DNA of 62,819 nt, filler included. It is 9 parts of 9 records of this genome, joined end to end, with 100 filler letters (N's around TTAATTAATTAA, not from the genome) between each part and the next. Parts side by side here need not be neighbours in the genome. Positions count along the whole stretch, not along the records: positions 6,483 to 11,863 come from SRR31147125_19771; positions 11,964 to 20,019 come from SRR31147125_19776; positions 20,120 to 27,917 come from SRR31147125_19794; 6 more parts are not named here. One strand, given 5' to 3'. Below the pieces are notes generated by a model, which did no database searches, was not told the DNA's origin, and saw only the letters and a list, made by a program, of their open reading frames with translations. Shown in pieces: positions 9,328 through 20,274 of the stretch; position 1 is the stretch's first letter, and each line of letters opens with the position of its first letter. Position numbers and translations under genes: made by a program.

Positions 9328-10662
9328 ATGGAAAATTTTCATAAAACACAAATTCGAATTCACATACCTTCCCTTTTCTTGTTGATACTTTCTGTACCAC
9401 TTTTTTTATCCATGGTTTCCGAAAAGGATTCAACGAGTAAAATGTGGGACAAACTTTCTGTTGAAGACCAGAAGTTCCTCGACCTTACGCAACGTAAAGC
9501 ATTCGACTACTTCTGGGATGGATTTGACCCGAAGACAGGCTTAATTGCTGATAAAGCCAAAGGGCGGCGTACAAGTATTGCCAACTCCGGATTTGGCTTG
9601 TCTGCCTTTTGTATTGGTGTTGACAGAGGCTGGGTTTCTAAAGAAGAAGCCTATAAACGAATACTGATTACTTTGAACAGTTATTATAAAGACCCTAATA
9701 ATCCTAATGATTTTTGTGTAGAAGGGCATAAAGGGCTGTTTTATCATTTTATAAATGTCGATACCGGCAAACGCCATGGACGAAGTGAAGTTTCAACCAT
9801 CGATAGCGCTATTTTAATGGCAGGTGTTTTACATGTAATGACCTATTTTAAAGGAACCGACGTGGAAGAGTTGGCTAAAAAAGTTTACGAAGCTGCACAG
9901 TGGGATAAATACTTAAATAAAAACAAAGCAATAACAGGAGGCTGGAAACCGGCAGAAGAAAACTGGAAGAACCCGGAATACAAAGGTTATAACGAATATG
10001 GTTTGGTTTACCTTGTTGGACTTGGCTCTCCATCTTATCCGCTTCCGGCTGAAAGTTGGGATGCCTACAACAGCGGAAAAGGTGCTGCATGGTTAAAAGT
10101 GTACGACGACATTGGTGCCTTTAAAACACCACACGGAATTTTACAACCGCACGCCTACCTGTACCAATTCCCAATTTGCTGGTACGATTTTCAGAATAAA
10201 AAAGACAAATATGCCAACCATTGGGAAGTGGCTGTAAATGCTTTAAAAACGAACCGAAGATACACGCAAAATTGGGGAACAACTGTAGGCTATTCGCCCG
10301 AACTTTGGGGGTGGACAGCTTGTGCCGGGCGCGATGGTTACATTGGTTTCGACAAACCTTACAACGGAACGCTGGCACCATCGGCAGTTATTGCTTCTTT
10401 GCCTTTTATGCCCGAAGAATCGCTACGTTCGATTAAATTCATGTACGAAAATTACGGCGATAAAATCTTTGGGAAATATGGTTTTGTCGATTCGTTTAAT
10501 CCGCACCAAAATTGGTACGACGATGGATTTTTAGGAATTGATAAAGGAAACGAAGTTATGATGATTGAGAACTTCAGAACCGGTGGTGTTTGGGAGGTTT
10601 TTATGCAAAATCCGATTGTAAAAGCTGGAATGGAAAAAGCCGGAATAAAACCAATAAACTAA
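9328..10662 (+). CDS. GH144/glucoamylase-family glycoside hydrolase (putative beta-1,2-glucanase)
   Basis: AFDYFWD, SIANSGFGL, GLFYHF, STIDSA, GYNE, IDKG...IENFRTG. Confidence 0.85.
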   Translation: MENFHKTQIRIHIPSLFLLILSVPLFLSMVSEKDSTSKMWDKLSVEDQKFLDLTQRKAFDYFWDGFDPKTGLIADKAKGRRTSIANSGFGLSAFCIGVDRGWVSKEEAYKRILITLNSYYKDPNNPNDFCVEGHKGLFYHFINVDTGKRHGRSEVSTIDSAILMAGVLHVMTYFKGTDVEELAKKVYEAAQWDKYLNKNKAITGGWKPAEENWKNPEYKGYNEYGLVYLVGLGSPSYPLPAESWDAYNSGKGAAWLKVYDDIGAFKTPHGILQPHAYLYQFPICWYDFQNKKDKYANHWEVAVNALKTNRRYTQNWGTTVGYSPELWGWTACAGRDGYIGFDKPYNGTLAPSAVIASLPFMPEESLRSIKFMYENYGDKIFGKYGFVDSFNPHQNWYDDGFLGIDKGNEVMMIENFRTGGVWEVFMQNPIVKAGMEKAGIKPIN

Positions 10663-10672
10663 AACCTTATCT

Positions 10673-11863
10673 ATGAAAAGCTTATTGTCTTTAATCATTT
10701 TAATTAGTCTGTCGCTTGCCGTTTTGGCGCAGGAACCGGAACGCGAGTATGATTATATGTTTTTCGAAAACAGTATTTTGCCGGGGAATTTCTACTATTC
10801 CTCAGTGGATTATGAAGAGGGGAGCTATGTGAAAAACAGCAAAGGCAAACTTCCGGTTTGTGAAAAGGAGTTTTTGACACCTCCAAATTCGCTGCAATTA
10901 AACTATACAAATGGCAATGGAAATTGGGAAGCCGCTGTTCAGTTTGAACGAATCCGCGGGAATAGTTTCTTCAAAAAATCAAAGCATCTTTCGTTTTGGA
11001 TGTTTACTGAAAATACCAATGATGATTTGTTGCCAAATATTACACTGAGCACAATTGAAAAACAACGTCGTTCGGATGTTATAATTTCAGATAAGCGTTC
11101 GGAATCACTTTCTATTAAAAACTACGTTTCGGGTATTGAAAAAGACGGATGGAAATTCGTAAAAATTCCTTTAGCTGATTTTGGTGATTTTGAAGGTCTT
11201 CCCAACAACATCGTTTTTTCAAACGGTAATTCTGATGGAATTGGAAACATTTTAATCGACCAAATGGAATTACTACCGGAAGTAGCTCAAATTCCTGTTG
11301 AAGCTCCTGCAAATATTACAGCCGAAGGTTACGAAATGCACGATGATGTGCAGTGGGAGCCAATTAAAAACGAAAATGTAAAATACATTAAAATCTATCG
11401 TTCAGCGGATAATAAAAATTTCAAAGCAGTTGGAATCCAGCGACCATTTTTTAATCGTTATACCGATTTTACCGGAGAAACCGACAAAACTTTTTATTAC
11501 AAAATCAGCTACGTCGATTATCAATACAACGAAACTGCAACATCGAAAATAGCCAAAGCTAAAACCCGTTCATTTTCTGATAACGAGTTGCTAGATATGG
11601 TTCAGGAAGCTTCGTTTCGTTATTACTGGGAGGGTGCCGAACCACATAGCGGTTTAGCATTGGAAAATATTCCCGGCAGAAAAAATATGATTGCAACCGG
11701 AGCTTCGGGCTTTGGAGTTATGGCTCTTATTGTAGGTGTTGAGCGTGGTTTTATTACCCGCGACGAAGCGGTTCAACGTTTTCATAAAATTACTACATTC
11801 TTAAAAAGTTGCGATAAATTTCATGGTGCCGTTTCCCATTTTATCGATGGACCCACAGGGAAA
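10673..11863 (+). CDS. GH144/glucoamylase-family protein with N-terminal accessory domains (3' truncated)
   Basis: Signal peptide; LLDMVQEASFRYYWEGAEPHSGLA, ATGASGFG, FHGAVSHF. Confidence 0.8.
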
Positions 11864-11963
11864 NNNNNNNNNNNNNNNNNNNNNNNNNNNNNNNNNNNNN
11901 NNNNNNNTTAATTAATTAANNNNNNNNNNNNNNNNNNNNNNNNNNNNNNNNNNNNNNNNNNNN
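11864..11963. other. Artificial contig linker
   Basis: N-run, TTAATTAATTAA, N-run. Confidence 0.99.
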
Positions 11964-12046
11964 TGTAGAGGATTCTCTGGTTCAATTGGAAGGCTCAAAA
12001 AGTACAAAAGCAGATATCACAACAGCGAAGAAAGAGGAGTAGAGGG

Positions 12047-13107
12047 ATGGATCCTATTACCATTGGCCTGATCGGCGGGCTCGTTTTGATCCTGTTCGTT
12101 CTAATTGCAATTCTTTCCGGCAGAAAAAGAAAGACTAAAGGAGAAGCCCAGACCGAATATATAGCCGCTCTAAATTTTCTTATCGCTGGTGAAAAGAAAA
12201 AGGCTCTCGAAAAATTTAAATCCACTGTACGACTGGATACAGAATATATTGATGCTTATGTGAAAATTGGGGATATATTTAGAGATTTAGGGGCTCAGGA
12301 AAAATCAGTAACAGTGCACCGTGATCTTTTGGTTCGTAATAACCTGAAACAGGAAGAACGGCTGATCATCTTAAAATCATTAGCCCAGGATTATTTAAAA
12401 CTCAAACAATATACTCCTGCTATTAATACATGTGACAAGATAATGGAGATCGATAAAAATAACAACTGGGCCAAAGATTTAAGACTAAAGATTTATGAAG
12501 AGATGGGGGATTGGCAGGCTGCCTTTGATCTGCTTAGAAAAGATGGGCGGTTCAAAAAGAGAGAACAAAATAAAAAACTCGCATTTTACAAGGTCGAATT
12601 AGGACGTCAACTTGTCACAGAAAAGCGCGAGCATGATGGCCGATTACGATTTAGAGAAGCTCTCAAGCTGAATTCCAGGAGCGTGTCTGCATTTTTGGAA
12701 CTGGCAGACAGTTATATGCGGGAAAAAGAGATGGGGATGCGCTGGCTGTGCTCGAAAAGTTTGTTAAATCCAATCCCAGCTCCTCTGGCCTGGCCTTCAC
12801 ACGTTTAAAACAAGTTTTATTTGATCTTGGTCACTTTAGTGATATTGAGAATATTTATTTTGAGCTCGCAAAAAATAATCCGGACATCATTGAAGGTCAT
12901 TTGGGACTTGCGGAAATATATGAGAAAAAGGGTGAATTACATAAAGCTATTGAAGCCTGTAACAGGGCGATTGCCATTGATTCAAAACGTCTTGATACAA
13001 AACTTTTAATGCTCAAGTTAAATAGTAAACTCGGTCGTGATGAAGTAGCTTCAGGCATTATTGCCGAGTTGGCTAATGATATTTGGGCGAAGGAACAGGA
13101 ACATTAA
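12047..13107 (+). CDS. lapB: LapB/YciM-like membrane-anchored TPR protein (1-nt deletion near 12723-12727)
   Basis: N-terminal TM, YIAALNFL, IGDIFRDLG...VHRDL, LAQDY; adding one A joins ORFs 12047-12808 and 12748-13107. Confidence 0.7.
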
Positions 13108-13195
13108 GACTGACATATTTTAATACGTTATCGATATCAATGTTGAAGATTATTCACCACGATTTAATAATTATTCGTCATTTTAAGATTTAAGG

Positions 13196-14026
13196 ATGTT
13201 GTTTTTCTGCATGGACCAACTACGCAGTCATATAAAAGTGATTTTACTGTTTACTCTTTTACTGGTTATTTTTACAAATGCGCATGGGCAAAAGATTATT
13301 CAGGATTTAGAACACTATCTGCAACAAGATGAACTGGAAAAATTACAGGATATATTGCCACAAGCAGTGAGTTTATATCCGAATCATCCGACTGTTTTGT
13401 ATATGCAAGGTATGTTTTGCAGCGATGGGCATGATGCCTTTCAGTATTTTGAATTAATCTTTGAAAAACATAAAGAATCCGTTTTTGTAGATGATTCATT
13501 ATTTCGCATTGCCCAATACTATTATATGCAAAAAAAATATGAACTTGCCTCCAAATATTATTCTTTTTTAACAAGGCGCTACCCGTCCTCAACTCTAAAA
13601 GATGATGCCCAATATCTGTTTTGTCAATGCAAATTGGCGCAGGGTAAATTGGATAGTGCTCACATTTTTTTGCAGGCATTTATAAAAAACGCGCCACGTT
13701 CTCCCTACGTAGATTTGGCCGTAATGGATCTGGAATCCTCAAGTTCCTGGAAATCGAATATAGAAAATAAACGAACACTGCCCACGTCCCGCTATCTTTA
13801 CACCATTCAGGTCGGGGCTTTTAGTGATCTCGAAAATGCCAAACGACTTGAAAAGCATTTAAAAGATATTGGATTTGATATAGAAATTGTTATAAAGTCG
13901 CGAAATAATAAGAAATTCTACGCGGTTCAGGTTGAGAAATTTGAGACGCAAACTCTGGCAAAAAATTTTACCAGGAAAAATTCCAAATATCTTGGTAATC
14001 ATTTCCAGATTGTTAAAAGATATTAA
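13196..14026 (+). CDS. TPR (BamD/CpoB-like) plus SPOR domain protein
   Basis: Signal peptide, TPR-like YPSS...DDAQY, C-terminal YTIQVGAFSDLENA. Confidence 0.8.
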   Translation: MLFFCMDQLRSHIKVILLFTLLLVIFTNAHGQKIIQDLEHYLQQDELEKLQDILPQAVSLYPNHPTVLYMQGMFCSDGHDAFQYFELIFEKHKESVFVDDSLFRIAQYYYMQKKYELASKYYSFLTRRYPSSTLKDDAQYLFCQCKLAQGKLDSAHIFLQAFIKNAPRSPYVDLAVMDLESSSSWKSNIENKRTLPTSRYLYTIQVGAFSDLENAKRLEKHLKDIGFDIEIVIKSRNNKKFYAVQVEKFETQTLAKNFTRKNSKYLGNHFQIVKRY

Positions 14027-14301
14027 AAGCTTTTTTTACAAGTAACCTTTCTTATAGGATTAGATACACTTTTCCGCAAGATGTTTTTTGGTTTTTAGAT
14101 ATAAAGGCTGAACATGAAAAAGGTTTGCTTTTAATTAATCGGCCTGCCATTTTCCGGGGAACATTTTCGACTTTTAACTTAAAATTGCTAAAGTTCTGGA
14201 TTCATGTTCCTCTTGTATTTCCTCTCTTTACCGACTGATTGTTTGATTTTTCAAATATATAGAGCTAACGTTTTTTAAAGATAGTGACGGGAGAAACGCT
14301 T

Positions 14302-16308
14302 ATGTTGAAATATGCAATGCCTGTATTGGTTCTGTGCTGTTTTGTGGGTGGGGTATTAGATGCGCATGGAGTTGATTGTGATAAGGTCGTTGATTATAAG
14401 ATGAATGTGCAGCTAAACCCGGTTGAGAAAACGGTTGTAGGATCAGAAAGATTAATCTGGAAAAACACGTCTGACAAACCTGTTTCCGATTTGTACTTTC
14501 ATGCTTATTTGAATGCCTTTAAAAACTCGAGCAGTTCGTATTATCAGGAAGCATTACATGGAATGTCCAAACGGATTCCGGAACTCGAAAATCGAGCAGA
14601 ACATGAATGGGGGTATCTGGATGTGCAATCCATTTCTGTTCAGGGAGAGAATGAAACGTTAATTCCGTTGAAATCCACAATGCGATATGAACAACCGGAC
14701 GATGAAAATAAGTTTGATCAAACTGTCTTTGTTGTTTCCTTGCCGAAACCTGTATTACCGGATCAGAATGTTACTCTGGATATAAGTTTTGTTTCCAAAT
14801 TACCATATAATGCTCCGAGAACGGGTTATGTCAATGATTATTATTTTGTGGCTCAATGGTTTCCCAAAATTGGCGTTCTTTTGGATGGTGAATGGAACTG
14901 CCATCAATTCCACAGAACAAGTGAGTTTTTTGCTGATTTTGGATCTTATGATGTGTCTATTACTGTGCCATCCTCTTATGTTGTCGGTGCATCTGGAGCC
15001 ATGGTGGATTCCACTGTTAATAACGATGATACTATTACCTATCGATTTCAGCAGGATTGTATTCACGATTTTGCCTGGACAGCTAGTCAGGATTATAAAG
15101 TAGTAAAAAAGGTATTTATAAATGATGAACTGCCTAAAGTCGAAATGAGATTATTGTACCAGCCGGGTCATGACAAGTTTGTCGCTGATTATTTTTTGGC
15201 TACTGAAAATACGTTGAAATACTATGGCCTTTGGTATGTGCCGTATCCTTATCCCAACATCACCATTGTTGAACCCAACTTTAAGAGTCGGGCTTGTGGT
15301 ATGGAGTATCCAACACTCTTTACAACATGCGCAGATTGGCTTGAACCAGCTAAATGTATCGATCGACATAGTCTGACCATCCATGAATGCGGACATCAAT
15401 TCTGGTATGGACTTGTTGCTAATAACGAATTCGAGTTTCCCTGGTTGGATGAAGGAATAAATTCTTATGCGGATGTCCGATGTATGGATGCTGCGGAATA
15501 TGAACGGTATTATACGACTTTTTATCTTGAACGAATTGGATTTCAAATTCCTTATCTCTTTTCGGATATTCCTATAACATCTTTGGCCAGAAGATTAACA
15601 GGATATCGTAAAAATACCGGCAAAGATGTTATGACGAATTTCAGTTGGGAATTTCTCGATGCCGGAAGTTATAAAATAAATGCTTATGATAAACCAGCAC
15701 TTATGTTCATGACGTTGGAAGCGTACCTGGGTGAAGATATATTTAGCCAGATTATGAAAACATATGCTGAACGATTTCTATTTAAACATCCAACTCCGCA
15801 GGATTTTATTAATACGGTTAATGAGTTTTCAACAGAGCCAATGGATTGGTTTTTTGACCAAATGCTTGAGAGCAGTGGGATTCTGGATTATGCCGTTACA
15901 AAGGTTGAATCAGCACCCTCACATCATAAAATCGGATTCTATGACAACGATACAAAACGATCATTTATTAATGAAAAGAGTGATGAAAAGGAGGAATTTG
16001 AGTCGAGAATTACCATTCAACGTTTAGGCGATATTCACATTCCTGTTGATATTCGTATTACTTTCGAAAATGGCGAGACAATGAATGATATATGGGACGG
16101 GAAGGATCTGTGGAAAAAATATCATTTTGTCCGTGATTCGCAGGTCATTCGTGTCGATGTGGATCCTGACAGAAAGCTTGCTTTAGATTATAACTATACA
16201 AATAACAGTATGTACAGAACCAGATCCAATACAGCCGCATTACGCTGGACCGTGAAATGGATGTATTGGATTCAGCACCTTTTTGAAATTGCCGCTTTCT
16301 TTTCTTAA
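14302..16308 (+). CDS. M1-family zinc metallopeptidase
   Basis: GMEYP, HECGH followed by WLDEG, AYDK; signal peptide. Confidence 0.9.
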   Translation: MLKYAMPVLVLCCFVGGVLDAHGVDCDKVVDYKMNVQLNPVEKTVVGSERLIWKNTSDKPVSDLYFHAYLNAFKNSSSSYYQEALHGMSKRIPELENRAEHEWGYLDVQSISVQGENETLIPLKSTMRYEQPDDENKFDQTVFVVSLPKPVLPDQNVTLDISFVSKLPYNAPRTGYVNDYYFVAQWFPKIGVLLDGEWNCHQFHRTSEFFADFGSYDVSITVPSSYVVGASGAMVDSTVNNDDTITYRFQQDCIHDFAWTASQDYKVVKKVFINDELPKVEMRLLYQPGHDKFVADYFLATENTLKYYGLWYVPYPYPNITIVEPNFKSRACGMEYPTLFTTCADWLEPAKCIDRHSLTIHECGHQFWYGLVANNEFEFPWLDEGINSYADVRCMDAAEYERYYTTFYLERIGFQIPYLFSDIPITSLARRLTGYRKNTGKDVMTNFSWEFLDAGSYKINAYDKPALMFMTLEAYLGEDIFSQIMKTYAERFLFKHPTPQDFINTVNEFSTEPMDWFFDQMLESSGILDYAVTKVESAPSHHKIGFYDNDTKRSFINEKSDEKEEFESRITIQRLGDIHIPVDIRITFENGETMNDIWDGKDLWKKYHFVRDSQVIRVDVDPDRKLALDYNYTNNSMYRTRSNTAALRWTVKWMYWIQHLFEIAAFFS

Positions 16309-16401
16309 TACCTACAAGTAAATGATGAAGGATTTATGTTTTCGTGACGCCTGAAAAAATATATGTGAACTGAATTTAATCGTTGAAAGGAAATAGAGGA
16401 A

Positions 16402-17373
16402 ATGGGTGTGACAAGAATTTTTCAAAATGGCATTTCACTCGTTTTAGATAAAATAAAAATAGTTCCGATTATCTATGCGCTTAATATTTCTCTGGCTTTA
16501 GCATTGGCTATTCCCATGTTTTTGAATCTCAATCATCAAATTGGCTATTCCGGTGTAAGAGATGAGATGGCTGAAAGTTTTAATTATGAATGGTGGACTC
16601 ATTTCAGCTTAAATGCAGATGGATTGAATGAAACCATCAGCCCCAGTCTTTCCGGAGGATATGCAGCCTTGTTTGATAATTTAGAGCTGTTTTTAACCGG
16701 AAAGTTTTTTCATTTTGGTAGCTGGATATTTGTTTTTGGCCTTTGTTATCTGTTTTTGGCCGCTTTTTTTAATGGTGGCGCGATTGCAACTTTTGCTGAT
16801 GAAAAGAGATCTTTTAGTGTGGGGCGATTTTTCTCCTATTCCGGCTATTATTTTCATCACTTTTTCGCACTGGCTGTAACAGCTATTCTCGTTTTTTTTA
16901 TTGTCTACAAGTTTTTAAGCCCTGTCATTTTTAATATAATTGATGCTTTGACTGTTTCATGGATGTCTGAAAGAGCTGTATGGTTCATGAATCTCCTCGG
17001 CTATGTGGTGTTATTATTTGTTGTTATCTTTATCAACATGATCTTTGATTATACCAAAATTATTGTTGTTGTTGAAAAGAAAGAATCTTCCTGGCTCTGC
17101 ATTTGGCTGGCCATTAAATTTGTCATGCAGCACTTTTTGCAAACATCTGGTCTCTATTTATTATTGTCATTAGTTGGGCTTATACTGGTTGTGATATTTG
17201 GTTTTATTATAAATATAATTAATCCGTCTCAATTTTTATTGATTGCTGTCGTTTTTCTCATGCAACAGATTTTTATATTGATGAAAATATGGGCGCGACT
17301 AAATTTTTATGGAGCTCAGTATCTGTTTTATACAGCTAAGAATGCCCAGGTCAGAAAGTTGAAAAAAGTTTAA
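16402..17373 (+). CDS. Polytopic membrane protein, unknown function
   Basis: Multiple hydrophobic segments; RBS GAGG. Confidence 0.7.
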   Translation: MGVTRIFQNGISLVLDKIKIVPIIYALNISLALALAIPMFLNLNHQIGYSGVRDEMAESFNYEWWTHFSLNADGLNETISPSLSGGYAALFDNLELFLTGKFFHFGSWIFVFGLCYLFLAAFFNGGAIATFADEKRSFSVGRFFSYSGYYFHHFFALAVTAILVFFIVYKFLSPVIFNIIDALTVSWMSERAVWFMNLLGYVVLLFVVIFINMIFDYTKIIVVVEKKESSWLCIWLAIKFVMQHFLQTSGLYLLLSLVGLILVVIFGFIINIINPSQFLLIAVVFLMQQIFILMKIWARLNFYGAQYLFYTAKNAQVRKLKKV

Positions 17374-17510
17374 TATCTTTTCTCCGCCTGAAAAGATGGG
17401 ACATGATATCGCAAGTTTCAATTTCTGTTTGTTTTGCCGGATTGACTGCAATGTCGGTGACATATAAAACATATAAACATTGTCTCTGCTATTTATAATG
17501 AGAGGAATTC

Positions 17511-18914
17511 TTGAAAATCTGTTATACGATTATAAAAGCAAAATGTCGTCAGATTAAGAATTATCTTGTTTTTCGGCTTGATAAAGTGACCATAATTGAG
17601 ATAATCCTGTTTTTATGTGCCATCTTTTTTTTAATTTATTCTTCACTCAACGATAGACTGTATATATGGGCCAGGTTGGGAAAATTGAGTGATGCATGGC
17701 GGTTCTATTTTTCGTTAAATGACTGGATCATTTCAAGTGCGGTTCTCGGAGGGCTATTCGCCTGCCAGAGAAATATAAGGGATGAAAAAATATCCTTACT
17801 CCTAATGCAGCCCATAAAGCATTCTATAATAGCATGGAGTCGAATCTTTGATATTCTTGCGCCTGTTTTTCTTTTATTACCTGTTTGGTGGGGCTGGCAT
17901 ATCCTTTTTACATTCAAATTGTCTTTAAACACTATATTATTTTCTGGATTGCTTTTCCAGTTTCTGGAATTTTGCGGGGCAGCCATGCTTGGGATGGCTA
18001 TCTTTTTGGTTTTAAGTGAAAAGTATAGAGTCCCCTGGTGGCTGATTCGTATTATTTTTATTCTCTTTTGTCTTGGGTTGCTGTTAACAAGCCTTTATAA
18101 CCGATGGTTCGATTATGATGAAAAGTCACTTCTCGCTATATGTCTCATTCTCGTTGTAGCTCTGGTTATGATTACACTGATAACCCAATGGTCTTTTTTA
18201 GTGAGAATAACCTATGCGCCTGATAGCCTGTTAAAAATCTCCAAAGGTAGAAAAACGAAACAAAAGCTAACACGTTGTCTTTCACTTTATTTGATTTTTG
18301 TTCCTTCTCAACTACGTCCTCTGGTCAAAAAGGATGTGTTGTTTGCTTTACGACGTTACAGGTATTATGTTGCACTCTTTGCCATATTTATGGGATTGTT
18401 TCCTTTAACAGCTTTATTATCAGCATCGTCACATGATGCCTTTCAATGGCAAATTTCTTTGTCAATAGCGGCTGCCTATCTTGTCACTAATGCAGCCTTT
18501 CGTTTCCAAAAAGAAGGAACAGAACTTTTGTCTCTTCTTAAATCCCATCCAATACCTGCAAAACGTTATTGGTGGGGTAAATTCTGGGTCAGTTTTCTGC
18601 CACTTGTCTGGATGATCATTACGGGATTTATGGTATTGTTTTTTAGATTTACACCCCATTTTTTACAGTTCTTTTTATATTTATCCGGTTCGATTCTGGT
18701 TTCAGTGACATTTGTTTTTATCCAAAATAATTTTTCTCTTTATTCTTATCCTTTTGGACGTTATGCTCCTTTATGGTATAATCTTTATGTTTTTACAGCC
18801 CTGGCATTTTTTACGACGTTATTATTTCCACCTTTGACAATCGTTTTTTTCCTTTTTGGTTTTTTAGCTATTTTTATCGTACAAAAGCGATTTGATGATA
18901 TGGAGGTTTTTTAA
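17511..18914 (+). CDS. ABC-2-type exporter permease
   Basis: Many TM segments; KKD...R and LLKSHP...GK motifs; directly upstream of an ABC ATPase. Confidence 0.7.
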   Translation: MKICYTIIKAKCRQIKNYLVFRLDKVTIIEIILFLCAIFFLIYSSLNDRLYIWARLGKLSDAWRFYFSLNDWIISSAVLGGLFACQRNIRDEKISLLLMQPIKHSIIAWSRIFDILAPVFLLLPVWWGWHILFTFKLSLNTILFSGLLFQFLEFCGAAMLGMAIFLVLSEKYRVPWWLIRIIFILFCLGLLLTSLYNRWFDYDEKSLLAICLILVVALVMITLITQWSFLVRITYAPDSLLKISKGRKTKQKLTRCLSLYLIFVPSQLRPLVKKDVLFALRRYRYYVALFAIFMGLFPLTALLSASSHDAFQWQISLSIAAAYLVTNAAFRFQKEGTELLSLLKSHPIPAKRYWWGKFWVSFLPLVWMIITGFMVLFFRFTPHFLQFFLYLSGSILVSVTFVFIQNNFSLYSYPFGRYAPLWYNLYVFTALAFFTTLLFPPLTIVFFLFGFLAIFIVQKRFDDMEVF

Positions 18915-18918
18915 TAGA

Positions 18919-19638
18919 ATGATCTGTATTAACGCATTACATAAAAGTTATGATAAAGTAAAAGCACTTGATGATGTCACTCTATCTATTTCAAAAGGAG
19001 AATTGTTTGGACTCATTGGAGTCAATGGCGCTGGAAAAAGTACGCTTTTGAATATATTAACAGGATTGTTAAAACCCGATCAGGGTCGAATAGATATTAA
19101 TGGAATGGATATTTTGCAATATCCTATTGAAATAAAAAAGCTTATAACATATGTTCCTGAAGAACCTGTTCTTTATGATTATTTAACAGGCTGGGAATTC
19201 CTTCAATTTGTCGGGCAAATACGAGGCTTAAAAAAGGATATTTTAGCAGACCGTATTCAGTTTTGGATCAACGAATTTTCCTTGCAGGAAAAGGCACATG
19301 TTTTAATTGCTGATTATTCACAAGGGATGAAAAAGAAAATGTCATTTATTGCCGCCTTTTTGCCGGAACCTGATATTTTATTGCTGGATGAACCCACGAA
19401 TGGCCTGGATCCGGAAAGCCTTTTTAATTTTAAAAAACATGTGCAACTTTTGCATGAAAAAGGAAAAACCATTGTATTATCATCGCATAATCTCGATACG
19501 ATTGAAAAATTATGTAAACGAATCGCTATTATTCATGAGGGGCGAATCATTACATGCGACTATTTAGAATCCTTGCGTGATGTTTATGGCAAAAGCGAAA
19601 ATCTGGAGACCATATTTATCGACTTGATTAAAAATTAA
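18919..19638 (+). CDS. ABC transporter ATP-binding protein
   Basis: GVNGAGKS, YSQGM, LLLDEP, SSH. Confidence 0.95.
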   Translation: MICINALHKSYDKVKALDDVTLSISKGELFGLIGVNGAGKSTLLNILTGLLKPDQGRIDINGMDILQYPIEIKKLITYVPEEPVLYDYLTGWEFLQFVGQIRGLKKDILADRIQFWINEFSLQEKAHVLIADYSQGMKKKMSFIAAFLPEPDILLLDEPTNGLDPESLFNFKKHVQLLHEKGKTIVLSSHNLDTIEKLCKRIAIIHEGRIITCDYLESLRDVYGKSENLETIFIDLIKN

Positions 19639-19768
19639 TCAAATCATAACGCGTTGGATCGTGTTGATTAGGATGAATTCAAATGAAACTATTTTTAATT
19701 TTGTTACAGTTGTTTCATAGAGGAGTAAAGTAAATAACTTTTCATGTCATGCACAAAGGAGGTGTTTC

Positions 19769-20019
19769 ATGTTAAAAAGAATACTCGTTGGTTTGGATGG
19801 TTCAGACTATGCAAACAGTGCCTCGATGGCTGCTATACAGTATGCCAAAGTTTATGAAGCGACAATTGTAGGATTAAGTATTATTGATGCCCCAGGTATT
19901 GAAAAGCATGTTGAAGGAGCCCCTGCAGGTGCCATTCATTATGCGGAAAAAGAGCGAGCCCATAAAATGGCAGATGCAAAGGCAAAAGCAGAACAATATT
20001 TAAATGATTTTAAAGAAAA
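19769..20019 (+). CDS. Universal stress protein (3' truncated)
   Basis: MLKRILVGLDGS N-terminus; RBS AGGAGG. Confidence 0.85.
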
Positions 20020-20119
20020 NNNNNNNNNNNNNNNNNNNNNNNNNNNNNNNNNNNNNNNNNNNNTTAATTAATTAANNNNNNNNNNNNNNNNNNNNNNNNN
20101 NNNNNNNNNNNNNNNNNNN
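20020..20119. other. Artificial contig linker
   Basis: N-run, TTAATTAATTAA, N-run. Confidence 0.99.
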
Positions 20120-20129
20120 TCGGAAGTCA

Positions 20130-20203
20130 AAAATTTTCATCAAAAGCGGTCGAAAATCGCGAGTCTCGGACCCGCAATGAATCAGGGCGGGGAAAGGACC
20201 CGT
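20130..20203 (-). other. Lambda-like cos packaging site (cosQ-cosN-I2-like)
   Basis: Minus strand ACGGGTCCTTTCC-CCGCCCTGATTCA-TTGCGGGTCCGAGACTCGCG-ATTTTCG...ATGAAAATTTT parallels lambda ACGGGTCCTTTCC...TTACGGGGCGGCGACCTCGCGGGTTTTCG...ATGAAAATTTT (lambda recalled from memory). Confidence 0.75.
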
Positions 20204-20274
20204 CGAGCATCCCCTGCATGCTCCCGGCCAGCTGCCATCAGGAGGTAAGAATCTGTAAAATGTACTCAATGCAA

